A DNA stretch of 63,938 nt, the filler included, from Octopus bimaculoides (Eukaryota), in NCBI RefSeq assembly GCF_001194135.2. It is 8 parts of 8 records of this genome, joined end to end, with 100 filler letters (N's around TTAATTAATTAA, not from the genome) between each part and the next. Parts side by side here need not be neighbours in the genome. Positions count along the whole stretch, not along the records: positions 25,781 to 43,374 come from NC_068986.1; positions 43,475 to 56,530 come from NC_068981.1; 6 more parts are not named here. One strand, 5' to 3'. The position numbers and the translations under genes were made by a program. Below are positions 38,921 to 52,389 of this stretch, one piece after another. The notes below the pieces were generated by a model. The model did no database searches and was not told where the DNA came from. It saw only the letters and a program-made list of their open reading frames with translations. Each line of letters begins with the position of its first letter. The stretch's first letter is position 1.

Positions 38921-40243
38921 ATGGAAAGCCAATGTAAAGCTGATAGAAGCCAGTGGTCACATTGAAAAAAGGAGGAACGACAATTTCTGTTATTGCCAGG
39001 GATATAAACTGATCAGAGAGTGTTGTTCTAAGAATACCCAAGCTTTATGAAGAAACAAGCTCGTTTATGTCATTAGAAAAATGAGGGAGACACAGAACAA
39101 GTGTTCGGCAAGACTGCGTGACTCAGAGGCTGTCATTCAGAGACTGTTTAAGTATTGTTGCAGGAATTTCTTGCCAAGTAAATTGTGATTATGGAGTGAA
39201 TGTGCCTCGGAAGACTGGCTCGTCATTTTGAAGGAAGTCAGACTTCCTGCCACCAAACCTCTAATCAGTATGAAGAATTGAAAAGCGAGGTTAGTCTTTG
39301 CCAACGAGCACATTCGTTGGATGGATGACAACAGGTTTTGTGTGTTCTTCAGTGACGTGTGTGTTCGTGTGTGNNNNNNNNNNGTGTGTTCTTCAGTGAC
39401 GTGTGTGTTCGTGTGTGTTCTTCAGGTTAGCTCTGATGGTAGACAATATGTGAGATATCGTAAAAGTGAAAGATTGGTCCCTAGGTGCGTGAAGAAATCA
39501 GTGGAGTTTGGAGGGGGGTGGGTTTAATGGTGTGAGAAATAATTTCTGCAGTAGGTGTTGGGCCCTTGATCCAGATTCATGATAATGTGAATGCAACCAT
39601 ATGCAAAAACATCATTCTGCAGCATTTTGTGCCAGCTATGAGGTCATTGCCAACTCTTCAGCCAATCTTTATGCAGGATAATGCACCATGTCATGGTGTT
39701 TAAAATAGTTAAGGAGAAGTTTGAAACTGAAAACCTTACTGTGATGCGTTGGTCAGCCCAGAACCCTGACCTTAATCCCATTGAAAACTTATGAAAGATA
39801 TTTGGTGATAAGATCAGAGAACACTGACCTGTGAATGTTACAATTTTGTGGGAAAAAGCTTCAGGAAGAATGGAATAAAATTATGTCAGAACAATGTGAG
39901 AAATTGGTCAAATCCTGCGGATGGAGATGTGCTGAAGAAATTTCAAATAAAGGAGTGTACACATGCTGAGGATGATGATGATTTATGTGGATTGTAAAAA
40001 TTTCTGGCAAACTTTGATTTCTTGAATTTTACGTCATACATTTTCTAATTTTATCCATCTTGTATTTCTCAAGTAAACATTTTTTTTTAATCATAAATTA
40101 TTTAGTTATTAATCACTTCCTACAAAATTTATTGTAAAGAATGAACATACTTTAAAGTATATACAATAAAAAAAACCCATTCAGATAAATGAAGTAGAAA
40201 GGTAAATAGCTTTATTTTTGTTCCCCAATTTTGGCCACTACTG
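38921..40243 (+). mobile_element. Decayed Tc1-like (DD34E) transposon
   Basis: HTH TISVIARDIN*SESVVLRI, KPLIS.KN.KARL.FA, VFFSD, FMQDNAPCH and WSAQNPDLNPIENL*; right end TTTTGGCCACTACTG followed by TA. Confidence 0.88.
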
Positions 40244-40447
40244 TATGTTATGTTTTATATATGTATATTGATTTATATAGCTGTAGGTGATGTAAAATGT
40301 ATAGTTTATGAAAGAGGGCTGGAAGTATTGGTCAGTATGAAAGACATCAGTCAAATCTGAGATGGGATGTAACTGGACAATGATGAAGTTAATGATAATG
40401 ATGATAATAATGACAGTGAGAGTGATGATGGCTATGATGATGTATTA

Positions 40448-40489
<42 letters not shown>

Positions 40490-40493
<4 letters not shown>

Positions 40494-40668
40494 TCGAAAA
40501 CTACCTTAGGAATGAAAACCCAGGTTTGAAATTTCCCCCAAGACACCTGATGAAGGCTGGAGGGTCTATCAGCCAAAACATTGTGTTAACAACAAACAAG
40601 ACGAGGACAAATATCCGTCAAATGTAAATAATGTAAATAATTCCTCATCTCTTAAATATAGAACTGTA
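40490..40668 (+). mobile_element. Penelope-like terminal repeat (family F), degenerate hammerhead
   Basis: Collinear with 35262-35440; CCGAAACG has decayed to CCAAAACA; preceded by (AAT)n. Confidence 0.65.
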
Positions 40669-40722
40669 ATGTCACTTCTGTCACCAATAATTACGATTTA
40701 TTTATTTATTTATTTATTTCAG

Positions 40723-40770
40723 GTGCCAAATGAGAAAGCGATGTCAGAATCTGACCTTTCTGCGATCAAA
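40723..40770 (+). CDS. Candidate 48-bp micro-exon, product unknown
   Basis: (TTTA)n tract then ttcAG| acceptor and a perfect AAA|GTAAGT donor. Length is a multiple of 3 and it is open in phase 0 (VPNEKAMSESDLSAIK) and phase 2. No family recognised. Confidence 0.45.
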
Positions 40771-41173
40771 GTAAGTTACCGCTTTTGCTGTATCTGTTAT
40801 TTGGTCTATAGATTTGATCTGTGATATTTGTTTTCTTACGTTTATGGGTGGTCGTCATATTGGTAAAGTTTATGAAACTCCTGTATGATTCCTACACGTA
40901 CGAGTGTACGTGGTTAAGAAGCTTACTTCCCAATCATATGGTTTTGTGTTCAGTCCCACTATGTAGCACCATGAGAACATGTCGTTTTTACTATGGCTTC
41001 TAGTTGACCAAAAGGTGCCATCCACCACCCTTGATACTATGTAATATCTATCCTGAATCAAGAACAGAGACTGCATGAGGTCATGCTGTATGTTAAAAAT
41101 AGTAGCCAAATCTCATTTAAATCACAGCCTTCAATTTAAAAAGAACAGCCTACTGGATAATGTTGTTATAGAT

Positions 41174-41445
41174 CAGTGGTTTTCAATCAGGGTCCACGTG
41201 ACTCCTGGGGATCCATATAAGATTTTTGGGGGTCCACATAAACAAAATAGTAAATGGGTCCACAGTATCATTTTAAGGGTCTATGAAAATTTTTTTTCTT
41301 TAGATGTATTTATTGTAAGAAACAGCCAGGTTTCTCCTCTAATATTTTACCGAGTTCACCCTACGCAACTGAATGGGTATGGGAGTCCATCTGAGTAAAA
41401 TGGTAATCAAAGGGTCCATAGACAAAAAATGGTTGAGAACCACTG
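41174..41445. mobile_element. hAT (Charlie-like) MITE, complete, 272 bp
   Basis: TIRs CAGTGGTTTTCAA and TTGAGAACCACTG; degenerate 8-bp TSD TTATAGAT / TCCTAGAT. Confidence 0.75.
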
Positions 41446-41810
41446 TCCTAGATAAACAATATTGGGACATAGTAAAACCTGAGTTAGTGACACCAGGAGA
41501 GATGGACCTCTTGTTTTAGTTAGAACCACCATCTGAGAGATGTAAAATTTCAAATTTAGCCCCTACTGTTTTATGGGTATGATTGCGACTTGCGATAGTC
41601 ATTGGTAGACCTCCATCTAGGGATCAAGTAGTTTTTATGTACCTCTAAGTGCTAGAGATAACAGAACATTACCTATATCTCATTGACCCTGAAAGGATGA
41701 AAGGCAAAATGAACCACAAGTGAAATGTAGAGAGCTGGAACAAAAAGCACAAAGCATTTTTCCAATGCTCTACTGATTCTGTGAGTTCACTATCTTTATG
41801 TCATTAAATA

Positions 41811-43130
41811 TAGGGTGTTTGGGTTATGTTTGACAGTTTGCATAAAAAGAAAAAAAAAATACTGTATCCCATCCAAACATTAAAGTATTTTTAAAAAAAC
41901 CGAAAGGTATCAACTGGACCACGACTGGGAGATAAATTGTTTCTTCAAAATAGCCACCCTCATCTTCCACCATGACTTCAAAACAGCCCTGGAACCTGGA
42001 ACATATGCTCCTCACTCAGTCTTTAAGAAGATCTTTGAACACCTCCTTGATCTCAGCCCCCAGTTTGGGCTTGGTGCCGCAAGCAGAATGGTTGGTGTCT
42101 CTCTCAAATGTGCCCCCCCCTTACACACAGTAATCTTAAGAATTACAATCAGGGGAACTAGGAGTCCATAAATTGGGATCGGTGAAGTTGTAGATATTCT
42201 CTGACAAACACCTCTGACTCTTTCCAAAGGTATGGTAAGGAGTCGAATCCTGCTGTCACACATATGGACTTTCAGCAGCCACCTTCTCCAGCCATGGATT
42301 GACTGCTGTTTCTCCAGCAGCTTCACATAGCTGTCTGAATTGATCCTAAGATCCTATTCAAGGATGTCAGACAGTATGATATCACCTTCACTGGAGACAC
42401 ACCAAAAAAATCATCACAGTTTCGAAGAACTTGGTTTCCATGATAGATGGGATATCGGAAGGATTATAGGCAAGCCACCTGTCAGTCTGGGTGTTCTGCA
42501 ACTCGTCCTGGCAGAAATTCTTTTCATCTCAGAAGAACCAGATCATCCTTGGCTCAACAAGATCTCTCAGCTGGTTCAGGATCTCCTTTGTCTTCGTCAG
42601 GTGGTTCTACTTGTCCTTGGGTCTCAGAATTTGTCCCTTGTACCTCTTATATGAATGGTAGTGATGGGATCATCACCATGAAGATGGCCCTGAATGAGTA
42701 CCAACACTCATCTCTCCTGCCAAAACCTGGATTCACTTGCTCGGATCTTCTATCACCTTGTCCTACAGCTGTTGGATGGATTCTGGCATGTGGACGCATT
42801 CAGAATGCTTGCTGTGTTCCTTTCTGCTGGGCACAGCTTTGTAATATCTACTGCAGCTGTCCCTGTCATGTCCTGCAACCGTTACAATACTCACAGAGCA
42901 TTGAACAGCAGGCATCATGTCAGCATTTTGATACCTGGCATGAACCAACACGATACAGTTAACTCTTTTCCAATATTCAGATGGCTTCTACTCCTCCATG
43001 TCAGGTAACTACAACTTTAATCATTCTTATGCTTTCCGCCACTGTTGACTGTTCACCAATACTTCAAGCTGTTCCTGTTTAAAAGAAGACATTAAAAAAA
43101 AAACCCATCAAATTTAGCCTGAACACCCTA
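41811..43130 (-). mobile_element. Full-length decayed maT/DD37D-like mariner with imperfect TIRs
   Basis: DEKNFCQD, QQDSTPYH, LWTPSSPDCNS*DY and CSRFQGCFEVMVEDEGGYFE. Ends TAGGGTGTTTGGGTTATGTTTGA and the reverse complement TAGGGTGTTCAGGCTAAATTTGA (about 17-18 of 23 identical). Confidence 0.85.
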
Positions 43131-43329
43131 AGTAGACGTCTATTACCAATGATATTGAGGTCTTCCTGGTTTGTAAAGACACACACTCACACATGAACAT
43201 GTACACACATACATATGCATACGACTACATGTATCATAAAAAAAAAAGAAAGAAAAATGTTGCATGCTTGAAATTCACCCAACCATCAAATGATTCTAAT
43301 TACTGATGTAATAAATACCCCAAATATGA

Positions 43330-43374
<45 letters not shown>

Positions 43375-43474
43375 NNNNNNNNNNNNNNNNNNNNNNNNNN
43401 NNNNNNNNNNNNNNNNNNTTAATTAATTAANNNNNNNNNNNNNNNNNNNNNNNNNNNNNNNNNNNNNNNNNNNN

Positions 43475-43521
<47 letters not shown>

Positions 43522-43599
43522 TATATATGTATATTTGCGTATATATTTATGTATGTGTATACTCGCAGACACACACACACACACACAAATACACATTTG

Positions 43600-44300
43600 C
43601 ATATACATATGCGTGCCTAGGCTTCAATTTTAACCCAACAATGGCAACTGTTAACATGGCACCGACAAAAGTAATTTGTGAACAAAAGGGGATAGAGTAA
43701 TTCCCTTTATAGCAGCAACAGCATTCATATTTCGAAGAGAATGGATAATCGTAATGCAGTATACGTGTCTAAATGCTGTTGAGTCTGTTCAAGGTGAAAC
43801 TTTGGCAGAATTTCATCAAAAGAGACCAGCCACAACATTACTGATTTACGTTATACAATACGTTCTTCTTACAAGTATGTTACTGGTAGTAGGAATAAAA
43901 TCAAATTGTCAACATTAATAACAAAATTTGTAATATCAACAACGTCAAAGCCGTTAAATCGAAAGGCATTTATAACTGGTATGGTTATACACAAAGCTTG
44001 AGAAATTATAAGAAACTTACTGATATTTTTTATTGAGATGAGACATATTCTTTAAATTAACAATAGATTTTGGGATTGGAACGTTACTATTAGATGTTTC
44101 TAATCATCATCTCCACATGACAATAATTCTCTATTCACATCTATCTACTCAAGATTGGCATTCAGAATATATGTCAATCCACTATTTATTATCTTACACA
44201 TCGCTGTCACACTGATAGCGTACAATATTGAATTCAAAGAAGCTTGCAAAAGTGAAAAAAGATGTTTGATATGAACAACGATGACACTAATATATATATA
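43600..44300 (-). pseudogene. Possible decayed multi-pass membrane protein (rhodopsin-class GPCR-like), frameshifted with stops
   Basis: Non-repeat stretch giving successive hydrophobic segments in shifting frames: LVSSLFISNIFFTFASFFEF, CKIINSGLTYILNANL, FLIISQALCITIPVINAF, NLILFLLPVTYL*EERIV, QITFVGAMLTVAIVGL. Resemblance judged by eye only. Confidence 0.25.
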
Positions 44301-44949
44301 TATATATATANNNNNNNNNNNNNNNNNNNNNNNNNNNNNNNNNNNNNNNNNNNNNNNNNNNNNNNNNNNNNNNNNNNNNNNNNNNNNNNNNNNNNNNNNN
44401 NNNNNNNNNNNNNNNNNNNNNNNNNNNNNNNNNNNNNNNNNNNNNNNNNNNNNNNNNNNNNNNNNNNNNNNNNNNNNNTATACAGCGATAAGACGAATCC
44501 TCGCCGCACACGATGTGTTATCAATACCATAGTAAAAAAAAAAAAAATCATCAATGTTGGAATGGAATTGTGTGCGCGTGAAAATGAAGCGAGAATACTC
44601 ACAGAAAGCATTATAGCACTTTCAACATCAAATATATCTAATATATTATTAAAGTATTATTATTGAATTGAATGACGTTCAACAATTAGTTTCGTTTTTT
44701 TAAAATCAATATCTTTTTTTTTTTTTTAAATAGGGAAGCAATCCAAGAGAAACATACTATCGGAGACGTTTATTTATTTATTTCGTTTCCTTAATAATGT
44801 TTCATTTAATTTAAAGATATAAAATTAAAATCATTTCTTTAGAGAAGATGTAATTTGAAATAAATGAAAGCTTTTGTATTCTATTAAACTATTGATCTAC
44901 ATTAATAATATGATTATTAACAGTTAAATTTGACATTTAAACATTTTCC

Positions 44950-44987
44950 TACTATTATTACTGCTACTACTGCTACAGCAACTACTC

Positions 44988-45054
<67 letters not shown>

Positions 45055-45200
45055 CACGACCGTTAATAATGATGATGATGATGATGATGATGATGGTTAT
45101 GATGTTGATGATGATGATGATGATTATAATCATCATCATTATTATTATTGTCGTTATTATTATTATTATTATATTTTATTATTGTTGTTGTTGTTGCTGT
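44950..45200. repeat. (CTA)n-(GAT)n-(ATT)n compound microsatellite
   Basis: Direct reading. Confidence 0.9.
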
Positions 45201-45748
45201 TATTGTCACAACAATAGCAACAAGAACGAACACGATGCCAAAGCTGTCATGTTGAAAGTTAATAATAGACTTTTGTGGAATTTATTCGTAGTGACATACC
45301 ATAATTTTGAGGTAAGAGTAATGGTTATGGCTGTGTAGGATAGAACAGAACAAATGCTGTTATACCGTTCACTCTTCTAGATATTCCATCTATCACAAGG
45401 TGAAAGATGAAATATCTAGGAAAGTGAAAATTAAACAATATATATATATATACATATATATATATTATGATCTAACTACAGAAACGAAGAGGTTGTGGAG
45501 CAAATGTGAAAATTATTCCTCTGATAATTGTTGCACGCCACACAACGTCCAAACTGGAGTACATTACAGATGATATTACCGACGGCATTCCACCAGAATT
45601 CAAGGAAAGATTCTTGAGACGGATACTCGTTACACAATCTGAGGATAACATCTTTATTAAATAAGGATGCGATGACGTTTCTGTTATAATAATTATATAA
45701 TAAACAGCAGGAACAATACCATCAATAACACTAACAATAATAATAGTA

Positions 45749-45799
<51 letters not shown>

Positions 45800-46599
45800 T
45801 TAATAATAATGATGATGATTTATTTGTCATCATGTCACTGTATGAAGGGTAAAACACAAAGACGGACATAAAGTGTGGCATTTACATAGAATGGACTAAT
45901 TTTGATAAAAGGGGATACAAGTAAACATAGTATACAAATACGCTGATGATATTGCAGCCCTAATACAAAGGGATATATATTTAGGGCTAATCGAGGAACC
46001 TCACGATTCCAAAATCACCCTGAATACAACAGAAAGTGTTCTATCCAAGAGTCATCAATCGGCCTATAGGCGGTCTCTGCCATTTTCCACTCTCAACTTT
46101 CGAAAATCTCACTCTTGCACAACCCATCCCTCGCTACGCTCACATTCCAGTTTAACGCGAAGAAATAGGCTAAAGAGGAATTTTTTTACCCTCAAATATT
46201 TCAACGCCATTCAGCATGACAACCCCTTGGCAACACACGGCATACATTGGAATACTGCTCTGTTGAAAGAGATCGGTGGAGCAACCATAACCATGGACTC
46301 AGTTTATGACGATATCTCTCCTACACGTGAATGCACATGACTGACATATCTCAAAAAATCAGTTATGCTTCGATGCTGAACTAATCTGTGAACTGTTTCG
46401 TCGCTTCGTGCGCATCTCGGACAGATTTATCTGACAGTACTTTTGTGACTGCATAATCTATTCTGAGCTGGTAGTGCACTTCGATGCAACTGTCTGGCGA
46501 AGAAAATCTGGAAGTTAGTCAGTGGAATCACTAAATTGAAAACTCTTTAACATGGACAGGCAAATTCGCTCTTTCAACAGACAGTGTTTTTCTGAGAAT

Positions 46600-49306
46600 A
46601 TCGTTGCTCTTCCCTTACCTCTGTAAATTGCAAGGGTGGAAGATACACTGACCCCTTTGACTGAATGTCAGAGGGCAATTAGTGCCATCAAAAGACAGAG
46701 TATTAATCACACAGTCTCTTCTCTATGATGCATTGTATTGCATGTGGTGGAGGCTGTCGTGGATAGAACTATTTTCTTATCGCACACGTTCCACCATTAA
46801 CAAGCGCTAGTCTCTTTGCTAACACCGTGGCCAAACATTAAGCTATGTATTTAGCAGTGTTATGGTTCAGAAATTGATAATTACTTTCCCCTTGTCGATG
46901 TCCATTCGCAGTAACTTTACCAATCCCTGGCTCACGAAAGTAAGAATTCTTCCGTTGCGCGGCCAATTGCAGTCCCCGTCTAATAGGTAGGAACTAAACC
47001 CCGCTCACGTCACCGATTTACTGCCAGCATAAAAAGTCGGAAAGGTGCTGCTGGCAATAACATCTCAATCTGTCACAGAAATGTTTATTGTTACCGTGTC
47101 TCGTTTCCGCCACATAAACCCATCGAACAGATTTCTTTCTTACTTGTTTAGTCTCAGAAGCTTTAGCTCTCAAAATGCAAGCTTTGCATGTCGCTTCGCA
47201 GAAAACATCAAATTCTATAATCATGCTAACACGTCGGTGGTGATGCCTTTCCTAATTGCTTCTCATAGATTGCTAGTTAATTCCCTTCCCCCACCATCCT
47301 ATTTCACTCTGTTAACATCTCTTTGCCTAATGCTACCGATTCTGATTTACTTGCCCTCTTCAGTGAGCCCGCTAGTGGTTGTTGTAGTATGCTTCCGTCT
47401 GTTGCTACTTAACTAATTCTTAAATCCAGTGCTTGTAGCTTTTGCGTCCAACTTTCAGTAACTGGTACTTTGTCTGTTGGTTTTATTTAAGACGACTGAA
47501 CAGATCACAAACTTGTGGTCTATGAAACCGTCTAGTTTAAGGTCGGAACATACTATGCTATCCCTGTACTCTAGCCCAATAAAAACTCAATTTAATTTGA
47601 ACTGGAGGACTAAAAGTGGTTGTTCCATATACACTTTGGCACTTTGGCACTTTGGCACATGCTGGATATCTAGTTCGCACTTATGAAATACCTTTAAACG
47701 CTTGTGCAGCTTTTAGGGTTTTTGCGCTCCTTCTTCTATGTGTTACACCCACACAATATCTTCCTTTGTCTGAACTAAATTTCTGTCTACTGTCATAAGA
47801 AAAAGTGAAACGTTCTCTGAAATATTTCTAAGAGTCTGAAGAAATGAGACTGACCTGCTTCTCGTTGATGCCTAGATAGCCACAATCCGAAAGTACCACC
47901 TTCGCTACCATTCACATCCAGGACAACTAGGCTACTATCTGGGTTCGGGAAGATGGCATGTATTTTGAGGTTCCAGGCTTCCAGACTGGACTGCCATTCC
48001 ACCACTCAAATCCGACTAACAGCAAGATGGCAAAACTTCAAAAATAGATGTTACGGTGTGCGCTCCAGATATCCGTATCTCGTTAACAAGCGGTGTATCT
48101 ATACCTAACTATCTGAGGTCGTTTAATAACGGACCTTGCTTTGAAACCGAAGCCGGGCACCGAACATATACTCAACCTACTGTAAGTATAGGCATTTATG
48201 TCAGAGAAAAGTTATGAAAGAGGCAGTTTACTGATCCTCTTTTATTGCCTCTATGTATTTTTCTTTAAGAAAACAAATCATTTTTGGAGTGGGAGAAGTC
48301 GTCATCCGCCACCGCAGGCTTCAAAATATATTTCTAACTAATTACCTCTTGAATTAATACGATGTAGCTCTGACCAACAATGACGTTCAGAAAGCATATT
48401 TGTTCATGATTGTGTGACTGTGTGGTCATGTTGTTGTTTGAATGTTTACTGTTTGATTTTATCGTAATAATGGTGTTTATGTGGGTGAGTTGTGTGGCAA
48501 GTTTTCTAACTCTCTGGGCATTCTATTTCTACGGGTTTTCTATCACATCGCCTTCAATTTAAGACAACCTCTATTTGTTTGAGACTGATGTCTCCTTTTC
48601 TCCCTGACAAAAACGTTTGGAAACGATTTCATTAGTCTTTCATCTCTTGATGGTGTTTTCATTCGTGAGTCACATGAAAGAGGTACGTGTGAATTTGTTT
48701 CTCAATTTTGAATTACTTGTGTATGAGGGAGGTTTTCATTATCTTTAATGGAGTTGGTATTATCAGTGGACAGTGTCAGGCTTTCTCCAGTGCTGTACAG
48801 AAATATTCCAGATTGTTTGAATTTTGACGCACAAAGCATTTGGGCTTACTGCCCTCAATTACTATCGGCATTTGATTGCAATCCCCGAAAGAGAAAAGGT
48901 TGAGAATACAGGTGACTCTCTTGGAGTTAAAGATTAACTAGAATTCCATCACAATCCTATTTATGTTGCGTTAAGGGGTGAATCTTCCCTCCATCTCTCC
49001 TCTGGCCCTCTAAATCACCATGACACATGTCAGATCTTTGTCTGCCGGCAGATTTTAACTCAAATTTGAGTTAATCTCATACCTATAATTAAACGAATAA
49101 TGATAAAAAATCTGGGAGTTTCTGGTTATTATTGTCATTGTTCGAGTGTCATGGTTGCTGTTACACAGGGCTGCTAACGTTCCATAATGTTATTCCTTTA
49201 TANNNNNNNNNNNNNNNNNNNNNNNNNNNNNNNNNNNNNNNNNNNNNNNNNNNNNNNNNNNNNNNNNNNNNNNNNNNNNNNNNNNNNNNNNNNNNNNNNN
49301 TATATA

Positions 49307-49341
<35 letters not shown>

Positions 49342-49900
49342 CAATCAGGGAACATACCCTCTCTAGACATTTTCCCATTCCTACCAAGGAATTGCATTTA
49401 AGTCTTCTGTCTTTTTGACAGATACTTTTATACCCTAATGCTTACTTAGGTGAGCCTGCCTTTTCTTCCTCGTTAAGAGAGATTATTCTAGCTTCAACAA
49501 TACTTTCTTTTTATTGCAATACTTTATTTTTTCAAATCTAGTGATCGGACAGACCGCTATCTACCTGCCTTCGACGAAAATATTGTTTTGTTGAATGAAT
49601 TAGTTGTTGTTGTTGTCAAAGGAGACTGTTTTCATTGTTCTCACTGCTGCTTTTGTTCGCGATAGTCATCTCATTCTTGATCCTATTGTTTTTGGTTTCT
49701 TTCTCATTCGACCTGCTGTTATCGTTGTTGCATTCTTAATTTTGTTGACGTTCCCGCTGTTGTTGATGTTGCTGTTGTTTGCTTTTGTTGTTCCTATTGT
49801 CGTTACTGTACTTGTGCTTGCTTCTGTTCTTAGTGCTACCTTTCGTTGTTTGCTTTGTGATCAGACTACACTAAGCGTGTGACACACACTTTCATGACCT
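46600..49900 (-). mobile_element. Highly decayed Tx1/L1-clade LINE, ORF1 to early RT
   Basis: ORF1-like IVIEGSKPKCF near 48850, endonuclease PNPDSSLVVLDVNGSEGGTF at 47793-48005, and RT-like VLAKRLALV...IHDSLHHMQY near 46750-46850. Boundaries approximate. Confidence 0.6.
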
Positions 49901-50514
49901 CGTGGTTGCCCTTATTCAAACAACTTTCACAGCTGTATTTTTCTCCACGCCTAAAACAATCAAATAACATTAGAAGCAAAACATTTTATGGGCAATTCCC
50001 CCAAAAAATAAAGGACTTTAAACAAAGGTGAACTCATCAGTAATTAGTGGAACCCTTCCTTTCCACGATTATGCAAAAATGAAACATAAAATGCCGTCCT
50101 CATGGATAAACACCACAGTTTGAATACCAAAAAAATTCTGGGATCGACATTCAGCTTAGCTTACCAAGCGACAATGATGATGATGATAAAGACGGTGACG
50201 ACAAAGATTATGATTATAATTAGTAGTTATAGTATTAATAATAGTAATAATGAACATATTTGTTTAATAATTATAATCATAATATATAAATAATAATGGT
50301 TTTAGATTTAGACAAAAAGCCAGTAATTTCTTAGGTGGGTTTATTAGTTGATGACACATACTTTACAGGTATTTTATGTTATCAATCCCAGAGGGGTTAA
50401 AAGCAAAGTTGACAGCAGCGGATCTGAATTCGGAGCGGAAAAGGGGTAGAAGTAACGTCACAAGTAACTTTTACCGAAGCTCTAACAATTTAATCTGGCC
50501 GCTGCTTTAATGAT

Positions 50515-51930
<1,416 letters not shown>

Positions 51931-52265
51931 TCATGGGACGACGATCAATAATAATAGCAGCAACAACGATTCTTTTCTTTTAAATATAGGCATAAGGTCT
52001 CAAATTTTGGTGGGTATTGGATTCCATCAGTAGTTTTTCTCAGTACTTAATAGATACTTTCTTATATCGACAACCAGGGTGGTGGGTAGGTGAATGTCAA
52101 AATTGACCTCTAGGTCAATTTTGAATAAGAGTATAATAATTTTAAATAGGAATAAGAGCAAATTTTCCAAAGCATTTTTGGTGATGCTCTAACGATTGTG
52201 TTTCCACCGCTCTAAAAATATCATCAAAAACAACAGGGATAACAATAATAATAATAATCAACAAC

Positions 52266-52298
<33 letters not shown>

Positions 52299-52342
52299 TG
52301 TCATCATCATCATTATTATTATTATCATCATCATCATCATCA

Positions 52343-52389
<47 letters not shown>

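Noticed and set aside
42447-42962. 171-aa plus-strand ORF
   Set aside because: It is the antisense frame of the mariner transposase relic.
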